From an uncultured delta proteobacterium (lineage in GTDB: Bacteria > Myxococcota > Myxococcia > Myxococcales > Anaeromyxobacteraceae): a stretch of 64,000 nt of DNA. Below the pieces are notes generated by a model. The model was given only the letters and a program-made list of their open reading frames with translations. It did not search any database and had not been told where the DNA came from. Positions 38,218 to 47,404 of the stretch are shown one piece after another (the stretch's first letter is position 1; each line of letters starts with the position of its first letter). The translations under genes and the position numbers were made by a program. Where the stretch lies: NCBI GenBank assembly GCA_963814585.1, contig CAWFDF010000010.1, positions 96,001 through 160,000 on the forward strand, in the 5' to 3' direction.

Positions 38218-40028
38218 ATGGACCTCGCCCAGGACGCCACCCGCCACCTCTTCTTCACCGGCAAGGGGGGTGTCGGGAAGACCTCGATCGCCTGTGCCAC
38301 GGCGGTCCGCCTCGCCGACCAGGGCCGGCGCGTCCTGCTGGTCTCGCACCGATCCGGCCTCCAACCTCGACGAGGTGCTGGGCGCGCCGCTCGGGACCAG
38401 CCCCACGGCGGTGCCGGGAGTACCCGGTCTCTCCGCGCTCAACCTCGACCCGGAGGCGTCGGCGCGCGCCTACCGCGAGCGGGTGGTCGGACCGTACCGC
38501 GACCTCCTCCCGCCCGCGGCCGTCCGCAGCATGGAGGAGCAGCTCTCGGGGGCCTGCACGGTGGAGATCGCCGCCTTCGACGAGTTCGCCCGGCTGCTGG
38601 GCGACCCGTCGGCGACGGCCGCCTTCGACCACGTCCTCTTCGACACCGCGCCCACCGGCCACACCCTGCGGCTGCTCACGCTCCCCTCGGCCTGGACCGG
38701 CTTCGTGGACGGGAACGCCCTCGGCACCAGCCTGCCTCGGGCCGCTGTCGGGGCTGGAGAAGCAGCGCGCGCTCTATGAGGCCACGGTGAAGGCGCTCTG
38801 CCGACCCGGCCACGCACCACCATGGTGCTGGTGGCGCGTCCCGAGACCGCCGCGCTCGCCGAGGCGGCCCGGACCAGCGGCGAGCTCGCCGCCCTGGGCG
38901 TCGCGCAGCCATCCGGCTCGTCGTGAACGGGGTGTTCGAGGCGCAGCGGCTCGACGATCCGGTCGCCGCTGGCCATGGCCGGCCGGGGCTCGCGCCGCGC
39001 TCGACGCCATGCCGGCGGCGCTGCCGGTCGCTGCCCGCGCACCTCGGTGCCGCTGCGGCCGGCCGCGCTCATCGGCATCGCCTGCCCTGCGGCCAGCTCG
39101 ACCACCGCCTCCAGCCCGGCGCGCAGCCGAGGCGGCGCCCTCCCGGTGGAGCCGACCCTGGCGGCCATGATCGACGTGCTCGCCACGCAGCGGCCGTGGC
39201 GTCATCATGACCATGGGCAAGGGTGGCGTCGGCAAGACCACCATCGCCGCTGCCATCGCCGTCGAGCTGGCGCGGCGCGGCCTGCGCGTCCACCTCAGCA
39301 CCACCGATCCAGCTGCTCACGTGGCCGCTGCCGTGGGCGAACCGCCGCCCGGCCTCTCCGTGAGCCGCATCGACCCGGCTGCCGAGACGGCTGCCTACAC
39401 GGCGGAGGTCCTCGGCTCGGTCGGCCCGGGCTCGACGCCAGGGGACGCGCCCTGCTGGAGGAAGACCTCCGGTCGCCCTGCACCGAGGAGATCGCCGTCT
39501 TCCGGGCCTTCGCACGCACGGTGGCGGCCGGCGCAGACGACCTGGTGGTGCTCGACACCGCTCCCACCGGCCACACCATCCTGCTGCTCGACGCCGCCGA
39601 GTCCTACCACCGCGAGGTGCTGCGCCAGGGCAGCCGGATGCCGGAGTCGGTGCGCCAGCTGCTGCCCCGCCTGCGCGACCCGGCCTTCACGCGCGTGCTC
39701 CTGGTGACGCTGCCCAGAGGCCACGCCGGTGCACGAGGCCCGCGCGCTCCAGGCCGACCTGGCCCGGGCCGCCATCGCCCCGTTCGGCTGGATCGTCAAC
39801 CAGAGCCTCGCGACCGTGGTCACCACCGATCCGGTCCTGGTGGCCCGCCGCGCCGCCGAGCGGCCGTACCTGGACGAGGTGCGGGGGATCACCACACGGC
39901 TGGCCGTCGTCCCCTGGGTGCCGGAGGCGCCGAGCGGCGCCAGGGGGCTGGAGGCCCTGGTGCACCCGCTGGAGGCCACGACTCCGGGGCGGGGCGCTAG
40001 GGAAGGCCGGCCACGATCTTCTCCGTGA
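38218..40028 (+). pseudogene. arsA: Arsenical pump-driving ATPase ArsA, multiply frameshifted as sequenced
   Basis: Two GKGGVGKT P-loops and two DTAPTGH motifs spread over several frames. Confidence 0.9.
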
Positions 40029-40917
40029 CCTCCCAGAGCCGCCTCGCCGCCGCCGGGTCGTCGGCGTCGGCGCGAGGCCGGGCGACGTTGCAGTCGGCGA
40101 AGTAGGCGCCCGAGGAGGCTGCCACCGCCGGGTGCACCGCCACGTAGACCTGGGTGGCCGCGCCCTGCGCCGCGGTCTTGAGGACCAGCGGACCGACCAG
40201 GCCCATGGCGAAGCTGGCGATCCCGGGGACGTGCCGCCAGAGGTTGCTCATGATGACGCCGGGGTGCACGGCATTGGCGGTCCGCCTCGTCCCGGCGAGG
40301 CGGCGCGCCAGCTCCTTGGCGAAGAGCAGGTTGGCCAGCTTCGACTGGCCGTAGTGGCCCCACGGCGTGTAGCCGTGTTCGGCGGCGAGGTCGTCGAAGA
40401 GGATGCCGGCCCGGGGCGCCATGTTGTGGGCGCCGCTGCTCAGCATGACGACGCGGCCATCCTCCGCCAGCCGGTCGAGCAGGCCGGTGACGAGGATGAA
40501 GTGGCCGACGTGGTTGGTGAGGAGCTGCAGCTCGACGCCGAAGGCCTGCTCGCGCCTCGGCGGCGCCATGATCCCGGCGTTGCAGACGAGGGCGTCGAGC
40601 GAGAAGCCGCCGCGCCTCACCGCCTCGACGCAGGCCCGCACGCTGGCCGGGTCGGAGAGCTCGCACGCCAGCGGCACGGCCCGCCCGCCGGCCCCGGCGC
40701 ACGCCGACCGCGCCTTCTCCAGGGTCCGCGCCGTGCCGAGCACCGTGGCGCCGCGCATCGTGAGCACCCGCAGGGACTCGAGCCCGAGCCCGGAGCTGCA
40801 GCCGGTGACGAGGACGGTCTTCCCCTCCAGGGAGAGCCCCGCGGTGACCTCCTCGGCGGTGGAGCCGTAGCCGAAGCCGCTCGGCCCCTTCCCCTTGAGG
40901 TGCTGGTACAGCGACAT
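39997..40917 (-). CDS. SDR oxidoreductase (retinol dehydrogenase/WWOX-like)
   Basis: STAEEV, TGCSSGLG, CNAGIM, NHVGHF, YGQSKLAN, VHPG; AGGAGG upstream. Confidence 0.93.
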   Translation of the reverse strand: MSLYQHLKGKGPSGFGYGSTAEEVTAGLSLEGKTVLVTGCSSGLGLESLRVLTMRGATVLGTARTLEKARSACAGAGGRAVPLACELSDPASVRACVEAVRRGGFSLDALVCNAGIMAPPRREQAFGVELQLLTNHVGHFILVTGLLDRLAEDGRVVMLSSGAHNMAPRAGILFDDLAAEHGYTPWGHYGQSKLANLLFAKELARRLAGTRRTANAVHPGVIMSNLWRHVPGIASFAMGLVGPLVLKTAAQGAATQVYVAVHPAVAASSGAYFADCNVARPRADADDPAAARRLWEVTEKIVAGLP

Positions 40918-41140
40918 GTGCTCCTCCTTGGCCCGAGGGCCGGCACCGGCCCGGGGGCACGGTCCCCCTTCCGACGGCGCCAGGTGATACTTCGGCTCAA
41001 CTCGCCGCGCCACCAGAGGGTCCTCGAACACCCGCCTCCCGGGAGTCATCGGCGGTATCCTGGGGCCATTTCCTGGACTCCCATCCCGCCACCCCTTATC
41101 CATGAGTTGAATCCATCGAACCCGGAACAGGTGACTCCGC

Positions 41141-41344
41141 GTGACCGAGCTGCTCTCAGCCCTGAAGACCATGGGCGTCGTCCTGGGGATCTGGACGCTG
41201 GTCTCGGTCGTGGGAGCGCTGCTGCTGATCCCCTGGTTCCGGGCCCGGGCCCGCGCCAACGAGGCGCTCGCGCGGCGCGATCGGAGCGCCGACTGGGCCA
41301 GCGCCGCCCACCCGGACGACGGGCGCAAGATCGCCGACCGCTGA
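41141..41344 (+). CDS. Small membrane protein, hypothetical
   Basis: 67-aa ORF with one hydrophobic helix and host-like codons. Confidence 0.55.
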   Translation: MTELLSALKTMGVVLGIWTLVSVVGALLLIPWFRARARANEALARRDRSADWASAAHPDDGRKIADR

Positions 41345-41363
41345 ACCCGGATCGGCCGCCCCG

Positions 41364-41747
41364 TCAGTGCCGGAGCGGCGGATCGCCGGCCGCGGTCCTC
41401 ACCCGGGCCAGGATCCCGTCGAGCTTCACCTCGGCCTTGGGGATGTACCCCTGCACGCCCAGCAGCTCGGCCTCCCACTCGTAGCCGTAGGCGGAGAGGA
41501 TCAGCACCGGGATCCCGGCCCAGCGAGGCTCGGCGCGCATCCGCTCGATCACGCCCCAGCCGTCGATGCCCGGCATCTTCAGGTCGAGCAGCACCAGGCC
41601 GGGCGCCTCGCCCTCCAGCCGGAGCAGCGCGTCCTCGCCGCTGGCGGCCTGCTCGACCGGGTAGCCGGCCTGTGCCAGCACCTCGCAGAGCGCGGTCCGG
41701 AAGTCCTCGTCGTCGTCCACCACCAGGATGTACTGGCCCGGCGTCAT
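41364..41747 (-). CDS. Single-domain response regulator (receiver)
   Basis: ILVVDDD, LLDLKMP.IDG, LSA, YIPK. Confidence 0.92.
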   Translation of the reverse strand: MTPGQYILVVDDDEDFRTALCEVLAQAGYPVEQAASGEDALLRLEGEAPGLVLLDLKMPGIDGWGVIERMRAEPRWAGIPVLILSAYGYEWEAELLGVQGYIPKAEVKLDGILARVRTAAGDPPLRH

Positions 41748-42709
41748 GTGGTCTCCGCGCCGAGCACGGTGGCGAGCTCGGCGCCGATGCGGCGGGCCTC
41801 GTCGCCCTGCCCCGGTGACAGCGTCACCGCCCCCACCACCGGGTGTCCGCCGCCGCCGTAGCGCTGGCAGAGCGCGCCGATGTCGTGGGTGCGCGGCACC
41901 TGCGGCCACGGGTTGGAGCCGACCGAGATCTTGGTCCGCCTCGGATCCTCGGAGACCACCACCGTGTAGCGGGCCTCGGGGAAGAGGTCGTAGGAGATGA
42001 ACTTGTTGGTGCTCTCCAGCCCGGTGCCGAGCAGGTCGACCCGGACCACCCCGCGCTCCACCCGGGCCAGCCGCCGGTAGAGCGCGATGGCCTCCTGGTG
42101 GCGGGCCAGCAGCGGCGCCAGCGGCTCGGCGGCCCAGGGCTGGGCCACGATCCAGCCCAGCGGCCGGTGGCGCATGGCCTCGATGATCCGGTCGGGCAGC
42201 GCCGGGTCGTGGGAGGCCTCCAGCAGCGTCATCAGCCTCAGCGCCGGCTCCTCCAGCCGGACCGCCGTGGCGGCCGACGGGAAGCGGGCGGCGTCGATGA
42301 TCTCCGCCCAGTGGACCAGCTCCTCGAGCCCCTCTCCCTCCCAGCCGAACTGGGCGCGCAGCGTGCGGGAGATGAAGCCGGTGCAGGAGGGCGCCCGCGG
42401 ATCCCAGAACTGCTGGGGCGAGCGGCGCGCCTCGTAGGTGGCCTGGTCGGCCGCCGACAGGAAGGCGCTGGCGTGGTGGTCGAACCACCAGTGGAGCCCG
42501 GGGTCGGCCGAGTAGCGGAAGTCGACGCAGGCGTTGAGCGGCCCGGAGAAGGCGTCGGCCGGGAACGGATCGCCCTGCCGGTGGGCCATGGGCCGGTGGA
42601 CCACGCCGCCGAGCCGGGCGCCCTCGCGCTCCGTCATGAAGCGGCCGAGGATGGCGGCCGAGGCGCAGCCGTCGAAGCAGTTGCCGTGATACAGGATCGT
42701 CAGGTGCAT
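41744..42709 (-). CDS. DHH-family phosphoesterase
   Basis: YHGNCFDG, VDF, WFDHH, GGGGH. Confidence 0.85.
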   Translation of the reverse strand: MHLTILYHGNCFDGCASAAILGRFMTEREGARLGGVVHRPMAHRQGDPFPADAFSGPLNACVDFRYSADPGLHWWFDHHASAFLSAADQATYEARRSPQQFWDPRAPSCTGFISRTLRAQFGWEGEGLEELVHWAEIIDAARFPSAATAVRLEEPALRLMTLLEASHDPALPDRIIEAMRHRPLGWIVAQPWAAEPLAPLLARHQEAIALYRRLARVERGVVRVDLLGTGLESTNKFISYDLFPEARYTVVVSEDPRRTKISVGSNPWPQVPRTHDIGALCQRYGGGGHPVVGAVTLSPGQGDEARRIGAELATVLGAETT

Positions 42710-42844
42710 CGTGGCGGGCAGCATAGCGGCAAGCCGGTGCGGGCACCGAGCGGTCGTCGAGGGGCGCCCCACCGGGGCCAGCGCCCCCTCCCGAGTCCCC
42801 TCCAAGTAGCGGCCCGCCAGCCCCGCGAGTAGACTCGCCGGGGC

Positions 42845-43810
42845 ATGGACGCCATCCGGGTCGGGGCCCTCCTCGATGACAAGAACTTCGACCTGCGGCT
42901 GACCCTGGTGGCCGGCAAGCAGGGGCTCTCGCGCCGCATCTCCTCCACGCGCATCCAGAAGCCCGGGCTGGTGCTGGCCGGGTTCACCGAGTACCTGCAC
43001 GGCGAGCGGGTGCAGATCTTCGGCAACACCGAGATGAGCTTCCTCTCCACCCTCCCGATCGAGCGGGTGCGCGAGGCCATGCGCCGCTTCTTCGAGGAGG
43101 ACGTGGCCTGCCTGGTCGTCACCAAGGGCCTCCAGCCGACCCCGGAGATGATCGCCGCCGCCGAGGAGTCGGCCGTGCCGCTGTTCCGCACCAACCACGT
43201 CTCCTCGGTCTTCATCGAGCAGATCCAGGGCTACCTCGAGGACGTGCTCACCGCCCAGACCTCGATGCACGGCGTGCTGCTCGACGTCTTCGGCGTCGGC
43301 ATCCTGCTGCTCGGCAAGTCGGGCATCGGCAAGAGCGAGATCGCGCTCGACCTGGTCATGCGCGGCCACCGGCTGGTGGCCGACGACATCGTCGACGTGA
43401 AGCGCCGGATGCAGAAGGCGGTCTACGGCGCCGGCTCCGAGATCATCAAGCACCACATGGAGATCCGCGGCCTCGGCATCATCAACATCAAGGACCTCTT
43501 CGGCGTCGCCTCGATCCGCGAGCGGAAGAAGATCGAGATCGTGATGGAGCTGGTGGAGTGGGACCCCAGCGTCGAGTACGACCGGCTCGGGGTCGAGGAC
43601 CGCAAGTACCGGATCCTCGACGTGGAGATCGCCATGCTGGTGGTCCCGGTCCGACCGGGCCGCAACATGACCACCATCATCGAGGTGGCCGCCCGGAACC
43701 ACCTGCTCAAGCAGCAGGGGCACCACTCGGCGCTGGAGTTCCAGGAGCGCCTCAACCGGGCCATCGCGCTCTCGCCGGGCGCGCGTCCGGAGGAGTCGGA
43801 CGTCGAGTGA
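42845..43810 (+). CDS. hprK: HPr kinase/phosphorylase
   Basis: [42 protein letters not shown]. Confidence 0.96.
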   Translation: MDAIRVGALLDDKNFDLRLTLVAGKQGLSRRISSTRIQKPGLVLAGFTEYLHGERVQIFGNTEMSFLSTLPIERVREAMRRFFEEDVACLVVTKGLQPTPEMIAAAEESAVPLFRTNHVSSVFIEQIQGYLEDVLTAQTSMHGVLLDVFGVGILLLGKSGIGKSEIALDLVMRGHRLVADDIVDVKRRMQKAVYGAGSEIIKHHMEIRGLGIINIKDLFGVASIRERKKIEIVMELVEWDPSVEYDRLGVEDRKYRILDVEIAMLVVPVRPGRNMTTIIEVAARNHLLKQQGHHSALEFQERLNRAIALSPGARPEESDVE

Positions 43811-44694
43811 TCCCCGCCCCGCCCCCCCTCGCCGCCACCCGGCTGGTGATCCTCACCGGGGTGTCCGGCTCGGGGAAGTCGACCGCGCTCCGCGCCCTCG
43901 AGGACGCCGGCTTCTACTGCGTCGACAACCTGCCCATCGTGCTGCTGGAGAAGCTGCTGCAGCTCTCCGGCCACACCGCCGGCGAGGTCTCGAGCATCGC
44001 CGCGGTGGTGGACGCCCGCGACGTCCGCTTCCTGCCCGAGGCCCCGCGCATCATCGGCGAGCTGCGTGGGCTGGGCGTCGACCTGACCGTCCTCTTCCTC
44101 GACGCCAGCGACGAGTCGCTGGTGCGGCGCTACTCGGAGACCCGCCGCCGCCACCCGCTCTCGGGCGCGGCCGGCACCGTGGAGGAGGGGATCGCGGCGG
44201 AGCGCCAGGCGCTGGCCGGCCTGCGAGCGGTGGCCGACGAGGTGGTCGACACCAGCAGCCTCAACGTCCACGATCTGAAGCGGCTGGTGGGCAAGCGCTT
44301 CGCCTCCGGCGAGGGGGCCAAGCTGGGCGTGACGGTGGTCTCCTTCGGCTTCCGCTATGGCATCCCGGCCCACGCCGACCTGGTGCTCGACGTCCGCTTC
44401 CTCCCCAACCCGTACTTCGTCCCGGAGCTGAGGACGCGCGTCGGGACCGAGCCGGAGGTCCGCGACTTCGTGCTCTCCCAGCCCGACACCCAGGGCTTCC
44501 TCGACCGGCTCTACGACTTCGGTGGCTTCCTGCTGCCCCGCTACAAGGCCGAGGGGAAGAGCTACCTGACCATCGCCATCGGCTGCACCGGCGGCAAGCA
44601 CCGCTCGGTGGCCATCGCCGCGGAGCTGGCGCGGCGGCTGGAGGCGGCCGGCCAGGCGGTTCGCCTCTGGCATCGAGACATCGAGAAGGAGTAG
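43807..44694 (+). CDS. rapZ: RNase adapter RapZ
   Basis: [44 protein letters not shown]. Confidence 0.95.
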   Translation: MIPAPPPLAATRLVILTGVSGSGKSTALRALEDAGFYCVDNLPIVLLEKLLQLSGHTAGEVSSIAAVVDARDVRFLPEAPRIIGELRGLGVDLTVLFLDASDESLVRRYSETRRRHPLSGAAGTVEEGIAAERQALAGLRAVADEVVDTSSLNVHDLKRLVGKRFASGEGAKLGVTVVSFGFRYGIPAHADLVLDVRFLPNPYFVPELRTRVGTEPEVRDFVLSQPDTQGFLDRLYDFGGFLLPRYKAEGKSYLTIAIGCTGGKHRSVAIAAELARRLEAAGQAVRLWHRDIEKE

Positions 44695-44708
44695 GTTCCC
44701 GCCCCGCC

Positions 44709-45122
44709 ATGGTCGGACTCGTCGTCGCCACGCACGGACAACTGGCCGCGGAGCTGCTCCGCACGGCCGAGGGCATCGTCGGCCCGGTACCCAGCGGCGC
44801 CGCCGTCTCCGTCGACGCCTCCACCTCGGTGGAGGAGGCGCGGGCGCGCCTCGCCACCGCCATCCACAAGGTGGGGGCCGACGGCGACGGGGTGCTGGTG
44901 CTCACCGACATGTTCGGCGGCACGCCCGCCAACCTGGCGCTCACCTTCCTCGACGAACAGATCGAGGTGGTCACCGGCGTCAACCTGCCCATGCTGATGA
45001 AGCTGGCCAGCAGCCGCAACAACGGGCTGAAGGCGGCGGCCGAGCTGGCGACGGCCCAGGGGCAGAAGAACATCACCCTGGCCAGCGCGCTGCTGCGCGC
45101 CAGCGTCGCAGCGAAGCGCTGA
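44709..45122 (+). CDS. PTS mannose/fructose-family IIA
   Basis: VVATHG, DMFGGTPAN, VTGVNLPML. Confidence 0.93.
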   Translation: MVGLVVATHGQLAAELLRTAEGIVGPVPSGAAVSVDASTSVEEARARLATAIHKVGADGDGVLVLTDMFGGTPANLALTFLDEQIEVVTGVNLPMLMKLASSRNNGLKAAAELATAQGQKNITLASALLRASVAAKR

Positions 45123-45134
45123 GCCGGGGGCCCC

Positions 45135-45629
45135 GTGATCGCCCTGGTCCGCGTCGACAACCGGCTGCTCCACGGGCAGGTGCTCGAGGCCTGGATGCCG
45201 GTGCTCCGGGCCACCGAGGTGGTGGTGGCCGACGACGAGGCGGCGCTGAGCCCGCTGGCGCGCGCCGCCATGACCCTCTGCGTTCCCTGCGAGACGCCGG
45301 CCCGCATCGAGCGGATGGCGGCGGTCGACTTCGCCGCCCTGGCGGCCTCGAGGGCCACCGTGCTGCTGCTGGTGCGCGACGTGGCCGGCCTGGTCGAGGC
45401 GACGAGGCGCGGGCTGACGCCGGCCCGGGCGCCCCGGCTCAACCTCGGCAACGTCCACTTCGCCATGGGGCGACGCCCCGTCACCCCCTCGGTCTTCCTC
45501 ACCGCCGAGGAGCTGGGGGAGCTGAGGGTCCTGGCGGCGGCCGGGTTCGCCATCGAGGCCCGGGCCATCCCGACGGACGAAGGGTACGGGCTGGACGAGC
45601 TCGAGCGCCGGTACGCCGCCGCCCGATAG
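45135..45629 (+). CDS. PTS mannose/sorbose-family IIB
   Basis: RVDNRLLHGQV, LNLGN. Confidence 0.92.
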   Translation: MIALVRVDNRLLHGQVLEAWMPVLRATEVVVADDEAALSPLARAAMTLCVPCETPARIERMAAVDFAALAASRATVLLLVRDVAGLVEATRRGLTPARAPRLNLGNVHFAMGRRPVTPSVFLTAEELGELRVLAAAGFAIEARAIPTDEGYGLDELERRYAAAR

Positions 45630-45647
45630 GCTACACTCCACGCCACC

Positions 45648-46343
45648 GTGGGCTATCTCCTGCTCGGCATCGTGGCCGGCCTCGCCGCCGTGGAGCGCAA
45701 GGGCTTCCTGCAAGCCATGCTCTCGCGCCCCATCGCGCTGGCCCCGCTCACCGGCCTGGCGCTGGGCGACCTGGCCGGCGGCCTGGCGGTGGCGGCGCCC
45801 CTGGAGCTGCTCTGGCTCGGCGCCGTCAACCTGGGCGCGGCCCTGCCGGTCCACGAGGCGCTCGGGACGGTGGTCATCGCCGGCGGCGCGGTGCTGGCCG
45901 GGCAGGAGCTCGGGACCGGCGTGACCCCGGCCACCGCGGTGGTGGCCCTGCTGGCCGGGGCGCCGCTGGCATTGCTGGGGCGGCGGGCCGATCGCTTCGT
46001 CGAGGTGGCCAACGAGCGGCTGTCGCTCTTCGCCGAGGAGACGCTGCGCCGCCACCACCCCCACGCCGCCGTCCGGCTCAACCTGGCCGGGCTGGCCATG
46101 CCTTTCGCCATCGCGGCGGCGCTGGCGCCTGCCGGTGCGCTGCTGGCCGCCGAGCTGGCGGTCCGGCTGCTCCGTGCCGCGCCCACCCTCGACGGCCCGC
46201 TCCGCATCGGCTGGCTGGCCTTCTGCGGCCTGGCCTGCGCCGCGGGCGCCCGGGCGCTGCGGGCACGGCGGGCCACCGTCATCTTCGGCGTGAGCGCGGC
46301 GGCCGCCCTGCTCGTCGGCCTGGGACTGCGGGCGACGCCATGA
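45648..46343 (+). CDS. PTS mannose/sorbose-family IIC
   Basis: QAMLSRPI..PL.GL.LGD..G...LELLWLG...GAALP. Confidence 0.88.
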   Translation: MGYLLLGIVAGLAAVERKGFLQAMLSRPIALAPLTGLALGDLAGGLAVAAPLELLWLGAVNLGAALPVHEALGTVVIAGGAVLAGQELGTGVTPATAVVALLAGAPLALLGRRADRFVEVANERLSLFAEETLRRHHPHAAVRLNLAGLAMPFAIAAALAPAGALLAAELAVRLLRAAPTLDGPLRIGWLAFCGLACAAGARALRARRATVIFGVSAAAALLVGLGLRATP

Positions 46344-47113
46344 CCATCCGCTTCCGCACCAGGGCCCATGTCTTCTGGCGCTGCCTCTTCCTGCAGGCGG
46401 CCTGGAACCGGCGCGGCATGCAGAACCTCGGCTTCGCCTATGCCATCGAGCCCGCGCTCGACGCGCTCTACGCCGATCCGGCCAGGCGGGAGGAGGCGCT
46501 GGCCCGCCACCTCGGCTTCTTCAACTGCCATCCCTACATGGCGGCCGCCATCCTCGGCGGCGCCATCCACCACGAGGAGCGGGTGGCCGCCGGGGAGGAG
46601 CCGGGGGCGGCGCCGCTCTCCTACAAGGCGACGCTGCAGGGGCCGCTGGCGGCGCTCGGGGACGGCTTCTTCTGGACCGCGCTGCGCCCGTTCTTCGGCG
46701 CCCTGGCGGCGCTGGGGGCGCTGGTGGCCGGCTGGCCGGCCATCGCGGTCGCGGTGGTGCTCTACAACCTCGTCCAGTTCTCCCTGCGGGCCGCCCTGTT
46801 CCGCGCGGGCTACCAGCAGGGCGACGCCGTGGTCGGGATCATCGCCCGGCTGGCGCTGCCCCGCGTGGCCGACCGGCTGCGGGCGGCCGGCGTGGCGCTC
46901 TGCGGCGCGGCGGCCGCGGCGGTGGCGCTGCAGGTCGGCGCCGGGCTGGCCGGGACCGGGGCGGCGGCGGCGTCCCTGGTGGTGGGCTCGGCGGCGGGCG
47001 CCGGCTACCTGGCGCTGGCCCGGGGCACGCCGCTCCTCCCGGCCGCCTACCTGGCGGCGGTGCTCGGGACCGTGGTGGCGGCCGTGGCCGGGTGGGACGG
47101 GGGGCCCTGGTGA
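46340..47113 (+). CDS. PTS mannose/sorbose-family IID
   Basis: WNRRGMQNLGF, FFNCHP, GPLAALGD.FFW..LRP. Confidence 0.92.
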   Translation: MTIRFRTRAHVFWRCLFLQAAWNRRGMQNLGFAYAIEPALDALYADPARREEALARHLGFFNCHPYMAAAILGGAIHHEERVAAGEEPGAAPLSYKATLQGPLAALGDGFFWTALRPFFGALAALGALVAGWPAIAVAVVLYNLVQFSLRAALFRAGYQQGDAVVGIIARLALPRVADRLRAAGVALCGAAAAAVALQVGAGLAGTGAAAASLVVGSAAGAGYLALARGTPLLPAAYLAAVLGTVVAAVAGWDGGPW

Positions 47114-47379
47114 GACTGGAGCAGGCCTTCACCGTCGTCAACCCGCTGGGGCTCCACGCCCGGCCAGCCTCGCAGCTGGTGCAGATCGCCAACCGGCACG
47201 CCTGCGAGGTGCTGATCGTGAAGGACGGGACTTCCGTCAACGCCAAGAGCATCATGGGCGTCCTCACCCTGGCGGCGGCGCGCGGCTCCAAGCTGACGGT
47301 GGTGTGCGAGGGCGGGGACGCCGAGGCGGCCATGGCGGCCATCGGCAAGCTGATCGAGGCAGGCTTCGGAGAGCGGTAG
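47110..47379 (+). CDS. ptsH: Phosphocarrier protein HPr
   Basis: NPLGLHARPA (His15 motif), NAKSIMG (Ser46 motif). Confidence 0.95.
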   Translation: MRLEQAFTVVNPLGLHARPASQLVQIANRHACEVLIVKDGTSVNAKSIMGVLTLAAARGSKLTVVCEGGDAEAAMAAIGKLIEAGFGER

Positions 47380-47404
47380 CACCTTCCCAGGGCTGGGGCA
47401 CCAC

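Noticed and set aside
38340..39720. Programmed frameshifting or phase variation in arsA
   Set aside because: Too many scattered indels, mostly outside slippery or repeat sequences
32857..40030. The ars cluster as a transposon or integrated island with defined ends
   Set aside because: No transposase, integrase, tRNA site or terminal repeats seen
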